Below, in pieces: positions 1 through 8,220 of a stretch of DNA of 64,000 nucleotides; the first letter of the stretch is position 1; the number at the start of each line of letters is the position of its first letter. Under the pieces are notes generated by a model that worked only from the letters and a program-made list of their open reading frames with translations, ran no database searches and was not told the DNA's origin. The stretch comes from a bacterium (GTDB lineage: Bacteria > SZUA-182 > DTGQ01): the NCBI GenBank assembly GCA_040752695.1, contig JBFMGO010000002.1:1-64000 (forward strand). The letters are read 5' to 3'. The translations under genes and the position numbers were made by a program.

Positions 1-139
1 AACCTTTCAGAACTATGAGCATGGACTGAAGCTCATAAAGAAAAAGACCGGTACAAAAGAATTTTCCATCTCTGCCGGTAGTATCGATGACCCGGAAAAC
101 TACCTGAATGAATTGATCAGGGAAAGCTACAAGGCTTAA
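1..139 (+). CDS. 3' end of an unidentified CDS (partial)
   Basis: Open frame from position 2 (TFQNYEHGLKLIKKKTGTKEFSISAGSIDDPENYLNELIRESYKA) ending at TAA 137-139; no product recognised. Confidence 0.5.
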   Translation, partial: TFQNYEHGLKLIKKKTGTKEFSISAGSIDDPENYLNELIRESYKA

Positions 140-150
140 TGTACAGCTCA

Positions 151-270
151 GTATAGTGCGCATTAGTATAGTGCGCATTAGTATATTGTGCATCAGTATA
201 CTGAGCGACATAATATTGCGCGATGGCATATTGTGCGACGGTACATTGTTCACCAGTATATTGCGCGCTC
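151..270. repeat. Degenerate 15-bp tandem repeat, about 8 units (gtatagtgcgcatta)
   Basis: Units read directly: gtatagtgcgcatta x2, gtatattgtgcatca, gtatactgagcgaca, taatattgcgcgatg, gcatattgtgcgacg, gtacattgttcacca, gtatattgcgcgctc. Confidence 0.85.
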
Positions 271-443
271 AATGTGTGCCCGGACGCGCCCTTTGTTTTG
301 TCTTTCCCCCTTGTGATAAGGGTTTTTATCTCCTGGTGTCGAGGAATGATCGCGGGACCAGGATAAGCGCTTCATTGCAGGGAACACTTAATTTCAGGAA
401 ATATAAAGCAAACGACAATATCCGTTACGTGAGGGATTACCCA

Positions 444-1730
444 ATGAACAATGTTACAGCAGTCATCCTTGGCGGTGGACGCGGCACCCGGCTTCTTCCG
501 CTCACACTTGAGCGTGCCAAACCCGCCGTCAGTTTTGCCGGTAAATACCGGCTCATTGATATTCCCATTTCAAATTGCATCAATTCCGGCATCAAGCGGG
601 TGTTTGTACTCACCCAGTTCATGTCAGCGAGTCTGCATCGGCATGTCATGCAGACTTATCAATTCGACATGTTCAGCGGCGGGCTCGTCGATATTCTGGC
701 TGCCGAGCAGACGCTCCAGAGGGAGGACTGGTTCCAGGGCACGGCTGATGCGGTACGGGCCACGCTGAAACATACTATGTATTATCAGGCCGACCAGATG
801 CTGATTCTCTCCGGTGATCACCTGTACCGGATGGATTATGCCGACCTCATCCGCTTTCACCAGGAAAAGAGGGCAGATATCACTATTTGTGTATATCCGG
901 TTTCACCAGAGGAAGCACCGCAGATGGGGCTGCTCAATGTGAACGCTTCCGGCGTAGTGGAGGAGTTTGTAGAAAAGCCCAAGTCCCCCAGTGTCATCGA
1001 GCACTTTTTCGCCCCTTCACATGTTTTTCAATCACGAGGGCTTCGACCTGCTTCAAACAGATGCCTGGCCTCCATGGGTATTTACGTATTCGAACCGAAG
1101 ATTCTCATCGATGCCCTGGCCGACCAAACTCAAAACGACTTCGGGTATGAGGTCATCCCTTCTGCTATCAAGCGGCATCGGGTCGTGGCTTACCCGTTTT
1201 TCGATTATTGGAAAGACATCGGAACAATCGCCACCTTCTTCGATGCCAATCTCAGCCTCGCCCAGTTTGAGCCCCCTTTTAGCCTGTACCGGCGTCGGTG
1301 GCCTTTTTACACGCGCTACCGCGCCCTGCCGCCGAGCAGAATCGTACAGTCCGAGATTCTCGACAGCCTGGTGGTGGAAGGCTCGGATATCCACGGTGCC
1401 CATATCGCAGATTCAATCGTGGGAGTGCGCAGCGTCATCCAAAAGGGCAGCCGCCTCGATAAGGTGGTAATGCTGGGTGCCGACTTTTATAACGGTGAAG
1501 AAATACTGAGCAGCTATGAAAGGCTGGATAAAGACCTGCCTCCCCTTGGTATCGGAAGAGACTGCGTTATCGAGCGAGCTATCATTGACAAAAACGTCCG
1601 CATCGGGGATGGGGTGATAATACAGGAAAAGCCGGATATCAGCGAATTGCGGGGAGATAATTACTGGGTTCGAGACGGCATTACCATCATCCCGAAAGGA
1701 TCAGTCATTCCGCCCGGCACAAGGCTCTAG
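444..1730 (+). CDS. glgC: Glucose-1-phosphate adenylyltransferase (ADP-glucose pyrophosphorylase)
   Basis: ILGGGRGTRLLPLT, RAKPAV, GKYRLID, WFQGTADAV, FVEKP and YWKDIGT motifs plus a C-terminal left-handed beta-helix; likely start ATG 444 after gaggg (the ORF-track extension to 156 runs through the repeat). Confidence 0.95.
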   Translation: MNNVTAVILGGGRGTRLLPLTLERAKPAVSFAGKYRLIDIPISNCINSGIKRVFVLTQFMSASLHRHVMQTYQFDMFSGGLVDILAAEQTLQREDWFQGTADAVRATLKHTMYYQADQMLILSGDHLYRMDYADLIRFHQEKRADITICVYPVSPEEAPQMGLLNVNASGVVEEFVEKPKSPSVIEHFFAPSHVFQSRGLRPASNRCLASMGIYVFEPKILIDALADQTQNDFGYEVIPSAIKRHRVVAYPFFDYWKDIGTIATFFDANLSLAQFEPPFSLYRRRWPFYTRYRALPPSRIVQSEILDSLVVEGSDIHGAHIADSIVGVRSVIQKGSRLDKVVMLGADFYNGEEILSSYERLDKDLPPLGIGRDCVIERAIIDKNVRIGDGVIIQEKPDISELRGDNYWVRDGITIIPKGSVIPPGTRL

Positions 1731-1810
1731 AAGCTTGTCGATCGAATATTGAAGGGGTAGCCCCGTGTCCCCTTGAGCTTTCTGTATACCACAAGAGGAT
1801 ATGTTTACGT

Positions 1811-1840
1811 GATCGGCAGGGTTTTCCGACCCTGCCGATC
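1811..1840. terminator. GC-rich hairpin between convergent genes
   Basis: gatcggcaggg ... ccctgccgatc inverted repeat. Confidence 0.6.
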
Positions 1841-1886
1841 GGTACTTTATGACGGGGGATTTTTTAATCCTTGATTATACGATACC

Positions 1887-3998
1887 TCAGTAATACGATA
1901 CCATGAGTTCACTTGCAGCGCGCTTGATTTCTATAGCCTTATCGATCAAGGTATTTCTTCGATAGATAGTAAGCGCTGTATTTGCCTGATCTTCCAACTC
2001 CCTGGCTTTTTTCAGGAGTTGCACGGCATCCGGATACAAAAAAACCCCGGCATCGAGAACCTCGATGGCATCCTCGGTCTCGGAAATCGCTATATCGAGA
2101 AGTTTTTTCCCTCGTCTGAGGGATTCACACTTAACACGGCTTTCATAGCTGTCGGAAGAGCGGATATTATCCAATGCGTTAAGCACGCGAAGGAGCGCGG
2201 CGACCGCCTGCACCTGTGTAGATTCGAGATTAACCAGCCCTTGATGCGTGATTCCGCTGGGAGAGTCGTTGAAGACATCATCGTTATAAAAGGCGACTGC
2301 TCCTTCAAGCGTATTGACTGAATTATTATGGAAAAAGGGTGGAGTGTCCGCAGCCTCAATCAACGAGGCGATGTTGAATGTGCCGTCACCGAAGCCGCCG
2401 TGAAGATTAGGATCCCTTCCGAACCCGCCATCGATGGGGACAGCCGGGTCAGTAAGTTTTGCCGGCTGATCCTCCAGAGACTCGACACCGGTATCGCGGT
2501 TAGCATTAAAGAAGGTCGATGTACTGTTTGCCCCGGCATTCCCGTGGCAGCGCTGGCACTTGCCTGCCCGGGGATTGTCAAAGGTTTTATTCAGAAAAAT
2601 TTCCTTGCCAAGCTCCGCTACCTCCGATTTGAAATGCATCGATTCTAAGTCTATCTCCTCATGACGGCCCAGGGAAAGCTGAAAGGCCTCCAGCGCATCC
2701 AATTCATTATCGGTGGGCAGCCTGAAGTCTACTCCAGCGACCCTGTTCAGGCTCTTGGTAAAATGCTGCACTACTGCACCAGTCGCAAAATGCCTTAACG
2801 AGCCTGTGTCCGGAACTCCGTATAATGGAGTACCGTCGGGTAACCAGACAGTTGACGGATATTCGACCGGGGCACCATCGCCTGACCAGCCGGTTCTCTG
2901 CACCGGGTAATCATAAGGTCTATTAGGATCTGAACGGATAGATTGCGATATGCCAAGTAAATGGGGAACGCCGCGCATGACATATTTATGCGTTGGATCC
3001 TCGAAACCGTCCATGTTTTCCAGGATAAGGGCATACTTATGCATCAGCTCTGGATTCTCAAGCCCTGCCAGCTTTGGGTCGTATTCGGCTACAAAAAGCG
3101 GGTCGCGAGGCGGCAAAGTCGCAATGTAAGCTGGATCCAGGGTAAAATTGTTGGTAGCCGGATGGCAGCTCCCGCAGGTCCGGCCATTTCCTTTGAATTT
3201 TTCATGAAAAAAGATCTGCTCGCCCCTATCGATGAGTGTTTGGAAACGGGTAAGTATTCTCCCCTCATTTCCGCCTTCATAATCCGCTTCATAATCCGCA
3301 TATGCCGGAGCCGGAACAGACAACCGGCGCACAGCAGAATAAAAAGCGCTGCCCATTGAGGTGGAATCCGCAAGCTTTTTACCCCCGCCGAGCATGGCCA
3401 GTTGCCCACGGTTTTCGCTGTAATAGATCTTTTGGAAAAGACTGGGTGCGCCAAAGAGCAAACCGGCTTTGGCGGGATCATGGCCAGTCCTGGCCACGAC
3501 CATATAGTCTATCTCACAGCCTGGCGGTATTTTATCTGCGGCTTGAGCCTCAAGCCGGGCCATACTCTCCTCGCTCTTCAGGGTGCCAAGGTTCACCCTG
3601 TTCTTATCAGGGCGGGGCCCCTGGCTGAACTGACGATAGCCGATCATCCAGACATCGAAGCTTTCCCTGGCGGGAAGACCAGATATCTTGACCGACACCG
3701 ATCCATCAACCAGGCCAATCACTGCCTCGCCCCTTGCTCTGGTAAACGCGGCAGATGGACCTTTGATATAAGCGAGCGGAAGAATCAGGTTTTGCTTCCC
3801 CACGGCCCGCTCCCACAACATCTTCCAGCGGCTGTAGGTGATCAAAAGCTTTTTGGCATCGCCAATGCCAATGGCACGGGACTTATTATCTTCTGCTGTC
3901 AATTGATGACTCCAATGCGACTTGCATAGTGACATACTGATTACTGTAATAAGTATCGCGAAAATCATGCTTATTAATTTTTTGCGCCTGGGTTGCAT
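1887..3998 (-). CDS. Exported di-heme c-type cytochrome, cytochrome c peroxidase/MauG-like C-terminal part with an extra N-terminal domain
   Basis: N-terminal hydrophobic segment; two CxxCH motifs (GRTCGSCH, GKCQRCH); GxFxxxSL..AADTPPFFHNNS..TLEGAVAFY tail typical of the CCP/MauG superfamily; start at 3998 or 4037. Confidence 0.75.
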   Translation of the reverse strand: MQPRRKKLISMIFAILITVISMSLCKSHWSHQLTAEDNKSRAIGIGDAKKLLITYSRWKMLWERAVGKQNLILPLAYIKGPSAAFTRARGEAVIGLVDGSVSVKISGLPARESFDVWMIGYRQFSQGPRPDKNRVNLGTLKSEESMARLEAQAADKIPPGCEIDYMVVARTGHDPAKAGLLFGAPSLFQKIYYSENRGQLAMLGGGKKLADSTSMGSAFYSAVRRLSVPAPAYADYEADYEGGNEGRILTRFQTLIDRGEQIFFHEKFKGNGRTCGSCHPATNNFTLDPAYIATLPPRDPLFVAEYDPKLAGLENPELMHKYALILENMDGFEDPTHKYVMRGVPHLLGISQSIRSDPNRPYDYPVQRTGWSGDGAPVEYPSTVWLPDGTPLYGVPDTGSLRHFATGAVVQHFTKSLNRVAGVDFRLPTDNELDALEAFQLSLGRHEEIDLESMHFKSEVAELGKEIFLNKTFDNPRAGKCQRCHGNAGANSTSTFFNANRDTGVESLEDQPAKLTDPAVPIDGGFGRDPNLHGGFGDGTFNIASLIEAADTPPFFHNNSVNTLEGAVAFYNDDVFNDSPSGITHQGLVNLESTQVQAVAALLRVLNALDNIRSSDSYESRVKCESLRRGKKLLDIAISETEDAIEVLDAGVFLYPDAVQLLKKARELEDQANTALTIYRRNTLIDKAIEIKRAASELMVSYY

Positions 3999-4142
3999 AA
4001 CCGTCCTCTTTCGAATATGTATAATGCGGATACACATAAACCAGTTCTGTTTATCAGTAAGGAAAGTACTTTAACACACCCTGGATTGAGTTTACTACAC
4101 AGAGAATGGATGCATGTTTTTCACCTCTTTCCCTGAAGACCT

Positions 4143-4240
4143 GGGGCATGTATGCAAACTGATGGGTTTCCTCATCAGGAAACAGTTTAGAGTGTAGCGG
4201 AAACCTCATCAAAGGGGCCTTGCATACACAGCCCGGTACT
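4143..4240. repeat. Structured dispersed element, copy 1 (long hairpin; homologous to 23955-24078)
   Basis: tgtatgcaa/ttgcataca and tgatg-ggtttcc/ggaaacc-t-catca stems; shares catcaggaa and catcaaaggg..ttgcatacacagcc.ggta with copy 2. Confidence 0.7.
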
Positions 4241-4599
4241 TTTTCACGATCAAGTTTGTAAAGAGTGGATGCGGGGGCTGACTTTAAATTCAGTTATTAC
4301 ACCAACTTCGTGCCAGTGGAGGCTTATAATCCAGAAGCTCTTGAAAAACCAGGATTCCCGACAGGCTGCCTGCTTCGCGAGAATGACGAAATGACTGAAG
4401 CACAGATCAGTGCCGAAAAAGCAGTTCCGCCTCCTGTCCAAAACGGCTTTTCCCTACAGTTTTATCCAATCCGAGATATCAATAACATTGATAATCGGCT
4501 AATTGCCCACGAAACATGGAGAAAGAAAAATAAAAAACTATAATTATTTCCATAATTCTAAAAGTGTTAAGTTCTTGGCCGCTTAAAAGTATAAAAACC

Positions 4600-4630
4600 T
4601 TGACGAATTTTCGAATATTCTGTTAGTATT
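4600..4630 (+). promoter_or_regulatory. Putative sigma70 promoter for the DUF333 gene
   Basis: TTGACG-N18-TAGTAT with an extended -10 TG, in AT-rich intergenic DNA. Confidence 0.4.
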
Positions 4631-4874
4631 TACAATGAATCCGCTTAAGTCTTTTGGTTATAGTGAAATACGTACTGATGTCAAAGGATTATACAGCTTA
4701 TGAGATATATGAGATTTAAGTGGCTCACACGACTTTACTATAAGCGCCGCAGGCCACCGTGATTTAGTTAAAGAAATAAAAATAATAATAGAAATAAAAA
4801 TAAAAACAATATGTTAACAGGTTTTATGAATTTTAACTGGAACATAAATTTTTAACTGAAAAGGAGTATGAGCC

Positions 4875-5684
4875 ATGAAGTCAAAATGCAGATGGAGCAA
4901 GCTTTCCCGTTACGTGGTTTCTTTGATTGCCTTACAACTTTTAATCATATCAGCTCTTGCCCGGCAATCTCATTCTATAGAGCCTGCATCTTTCGCGAGC
5001 ACACCGCTATGGGGCTTGGTATCTATAACGGCAGCACAGAATCCTCTGTTCTCTACCAATTATGACCCGGCGGTTGCCTTCAGTCTCAGCAGGGCCAATG
5101 AATACTATGGATATGGATACTCTGATAATTGGTCCAGCAAATCTTACAGCAGCGGTCTTTTATCTGGCTGGACAAGCCATCCTTCTGCCAGCAGCGATCC
5201 GGTTGATTTGTCTGGCTATGCTTTTGGTTACTACAGCAATATTGGCTGGATCGGCCATCCCTTTTTTAAAGCTGATATGGTAAGCCATACATCCGGCGGG
5301 CATACTCACATGCCTCCGCTCGATGGCGGGAAACCGGGAGATCCTATAGGACAGCCTAATCCAGCCGCGGTTTTTTGCACGGAAAATGGCGGAGATTACG
5401 AGATCAGAACAGCCGAGGACGGCAGCCAATACGGAGTTTGCATCTTCGGTGATGGAAGTGAGTGCGATGAATGGGCTTACTTCAGGGGTGAATGCCAACC
5501 TTCCGGCAGCCAGGAGGGAGTCATAGGAATGGATACCTATTACTGCTTAGAAAATGGCGGAACCATTGCCATCAGAACGGCCGAGGACGGCAGCCAATAT
5601 AGAGCCTGCGTCTTCAACGATGGGAGTGAATGTGAATCATGGGCCTATCAAAGGGGTGAATGCCAACCTTTCTCTGTCCATTAA
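4875..5684 (+). CDS. Exported protein with two DUF333 (putative hemolysin-like) Cys-rich domains
   Basis: RBS aaggag; signal peptide; two units of (NPAAVF)C.ENGG...IRTAEDGSQY..C.F.DGSEC..WAY.RGEC; S/G/Y-rich N-terminal region. Confidence 0.8.
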   Translation: MKSKCRWSKLSRYVVSLIALQLLIISALARQSHSIEPASFASTPLWGLVSITAAQNPLFSTNYDPAVAFSLSRANEYYGYGYSDNWSSKSYSSGLLSGWTSHPSASSDPVDLSGYAFGYYSNIGWIGHPFFKADMVSHTSGGHTHMPPLDGGKPGDPIGQPNPAAVFCTENGGDYEIRTAEDGSQYGVCIFGDGSECDEWAYFRGECQPSGSQEGVIGMDTYYCLENGGTIAIRTAEDGSQYRACVFNDGSECESWAYQRGECQPFSVH

Positions 5685-5941
5685 TTATATTACACAAAGT
5701 TGATATGCGGCTCTCTGCCTTCGGCCTTTCCGGTTTCTTTTCCTTGCCAGCTAATGAACTTCAGCTAGCTAATGAACTGCGCTATAAAAGATCCTGTTTG
5801 GCTGTGTATTTAATGAGCCGTGTCCATCAGGCGTTAGGCATCGCGGCGGGGCATTGCTGCCCCGCCTTAAAGGGAATTATTATGGCCCGCATTGCCACTT
5901 TGATGATTGATGATACGGTTTTACCGTGAACGGGTTTGCCG

Positions 5942-7933
5942 CTAATAGGTACTCAAAGTATCGAGTATATCCATTTCCTGTTGCAGGGTTGTATCACTCA
6001 TAGCGTCCATTTCATCCTTCAGGTAAGTTTTAAATTCAGTAAACAGCGTCTGATATTCTTCAGATACCCTAAGCCCGGCTGATTGCCGCTCCCATTCACC
6101 CAAGACTGCGGGACAAGGACAGGGAATAGGGAGGATGATGCCTGTTTCATAGGTAATGGAGGGTTCTACCGGAACCTTTTTAGCCAGGCTTTTTCGCTCA
6201 TCGATGATCCAGTTTTTGAGCAGATCTGCATAACGGGAGAGCAAAATGGCTTTTCGAATTCCGGTGTTGGCGAAGTATTCCGGTGTAAGATGACTAAATT
6301 CAATCTCTTTGGTACTGCTGTTGGCCACTCCCTGTCTGTCTTCGTAGGATACGGTCAAGTGCATGCTGGCATCGTCCGATAATTTCTTGAGCTTAAGCAG
6401 TACGATGCCTCCTCGCGTCCCGTCCGCATTCTGACGGGATGGGAACAGGGTATTGATTTTCATAATTTCACCGGTTGCTTCACTCGCTTCAGGCGATCCA
6501 TATACCTTTTCAATCTCATAACCAGAGGCAGCGAGTTTCAGTTCCAGGTTGAAGACCAGCGGAGTAACCATATACTCGAAGTTTTCGTCCATTTGTTCCT
6601 TGAACTGAGTTGATGAGTGTACAGAATAGTAATTGGCGCCCCGTACCTTGGTTATGGCCTCGGCCAGCTCGGAATTAAAATCAACCCCGATGCCGATGAA
6701 GGTGCTGTATATCTTGTTATTGGCATTTTTCTCCATCATCCCCAAGAGCCCTGTTTCACTTGTCTCACCCCTGTTGGGCATGGCATCGGTCAGAAATATG
6801 ATTCTATTCTCATATTGGGTATAGTCTATGTTGCGGTAATTATCGAAAAGTTCAGTACCTTTTCTCATCCCGGCAGACATATTTGTCCCTCCGCGGTCAT
6901 TCAACTCCAGGACATGGTTTTTAATGGCCTCCATATCCGTTTCTCCCACCAGTCGCAACGGTTTGGCTAGATAGGCGACATCGTCAAAGAGAACCATACC
7001 GAAGCGGTCATCAGCCTCAAGATGGTCGATAAGGCCTACGATGGACTCTGCTGCTACCTTGATTTTGGTCTTACCGCTGTCTTCGCCTCTCTCCAGTTCG
7101 TGCCTGACGCCGAACTGATCGTAATAGTATTTGTCAAAAGCCGATCCCATCGAGCCTGAAATATCCAGGACAACAACCAGGTTCAGCTTTTTTCTTTGAA
7201 AATCATTTTCCTTGATTCCCGAATTTAATCCCACTGACATATAGTATTCCGTTCCTTGAGAGAAGATATCCCGTGAAACAGCCAAACTGTAGGAAGGGCA
7301 GAAGAGCTGCTGGCACTCCTCCTGCCTGCCGGTATCAAAGTAATAATCGTAAAATAATCCCTCGTAGGTTACATCGGCAGGAATGGGTAAATAGTCATTT
7401 TCTATGTTGGTGCGGAAGTTGTTGATATCCTTAGCTCCACCCGTTGAGTATCCGATAGTGGCCGGAGCAGACACACCAGCAGAAAGAGCCCCATAGGAGC
7501 CAGAGAGAGGTGACATCATGGGGGCAATGCCGGGTATTCCAGAGGCAGGGGCAAATGATGTGGCATAGGATGTACCTCCATAATATTCGGGCACAAGAGT
7601 GGTCTGCCAATCGTCAATTTTGGTAACTCCTGAGCCTGCGCTTGTGCTTGTGCTTGCTCCATCCAGACAGGAGATCTGGCCGAGGTATTTTCGGAATAAG
7701 CAAAGGGCATCATCGGGAGTAACCTTTCCATCTGTATTAACATCGGCTTGTGACAAACAGGTGTTTGTTTCGAGATAACATTCAAAAGCGATGAGGGCAT
7801 CATTCGGAGTAATCTTCCCATCTCCGTTAAGATCACCGGAAAGAGCCTGGGCTGTTCCCTCACGAGGGATGGAAATGGATAAGAGTGTACCGATAAAACA
7901 AAAAAGAATACCGAAAACGAAGACCTTTTTCAT
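5942..7933 (-). CDS. Exported dockerin-containing von Willebrand factor A (vWA) domain protein
   Basis: Signal peptide; duplicated Ca-binding loops DLNGDGKITPND and DVNTDGKVTPDD; MIDAS motif VVVLDISGSM, GGTN, IIFLTDA, FIGIG. Confidence 0.85.
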   Translation of the reverse strand: MKKVFVFGILFCFIGTLLSISIPREGTAQALSGDLNGDGKITPNDALIAFECYLETNTCLSQADVNTDGKVTPDDALCLFRKYLGQISCLDGASTSTSAGSGVTKIDDWQTTLVPEYYGGTSYATSFAPASGIPGIAPMMSPLSGSYGALSAGVSAPATIGYSTGGAKDINNFRTNIENDYLPIPADVTYEGLFYDYYFDTGRQEECQQLFCPSYSLAVSRDIFSQGTEYYMSVGLNSGIKENDFQRKKLNLVVVLDISGSMGSAFDKYYYDQFGVRHELERGEDSGKTKIKVAAESIVGLIDHLEADDRFGMVLFDDVAYLAKPLRLVGETDMEAIKNHVLELNDRGGTNMSAGMRKGTELFDNYRNIDYTQYENRIIFLTDAMPNRGETSETGLLGMMEKNANNKIYSTFIGIGVDFNSELAEAITKVRGANYYSVHSSTQFKEQMDENFEYMVTPLVFNLELKLAASGYEIEKVYGSPEASEATGEIMKINTLFPSRQNADGTRGGIVLLKLKKLSDDASMHLTVSYEDRQGVANSSTKEIEFSHLTPEYFANTGIRKAILLSRYADLLKNWIIDERKSLAKKVPVEPSITYETGIILPIPCPCPAVLGEWERQSAGLRVSEEYQTLFTEFKTYLKDEMDAMSDTTLQQEMDILDTLSTY

Positions 7934-8123
7934 TATTTGTCTCCTTTCTTCCTGTTTACTTTTTATCCTGTTACATTTGGCACTTTACCTGTGCAGGTAA
8001 TCGTGCAGGAGGGTGACTTCGTGGGGGGATAGCGATAAATTATGATAAAAATTAACCTATATATTAAATATAGTCAATTCCATTGCGCCTTGTCAATATG
8101 CAATTACGATAATAAAACCGCGG

Positions 8124-8169
8124 CTCATCTTATCCCTCACTCCGAGAAGGAGTCGAGGGATAAGATGAG
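8124..8169. terminator. Long near-perfect hairpin downstream of the 8221-11211 gene
   Basis: ctcatcttatccctc-actcc-gagaa-ggagt-c-gagggataagatgag. Confidence 0.55.
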
Positions 8170-8220
8170 AGCCTTTCAGGGGTTGACTGGCCCTGTAACT
8201 CCTGGCGTCCTGTCTGGGGA

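Noticed and set aside
151..270. Possible CRISPR array (also considered for 16564-16692 and 32030-32148)
   Set aside because: Units are contiguous and degenerate, with no unique spacers and no cas genes
156..443. N-terminal extension of GlgC in the ORF track
   Set aside because: It reads through the 15-bp repeat; family motifs begin at ATG 444, which has an RBS
4160..4185. Hammerhead ribozyme core (CTGATGA..GAAA on the minus strand)
   Set aside because: No stem II between CUGAUGA and GAAA, and copy 2 has ctgatgc
4352..4387. REP/dRS3-like ggattcccg...cgcgagaatgac palindrome
   Set aside because: Single degenerate copy with no associated nuclease or transposase; too weak to call
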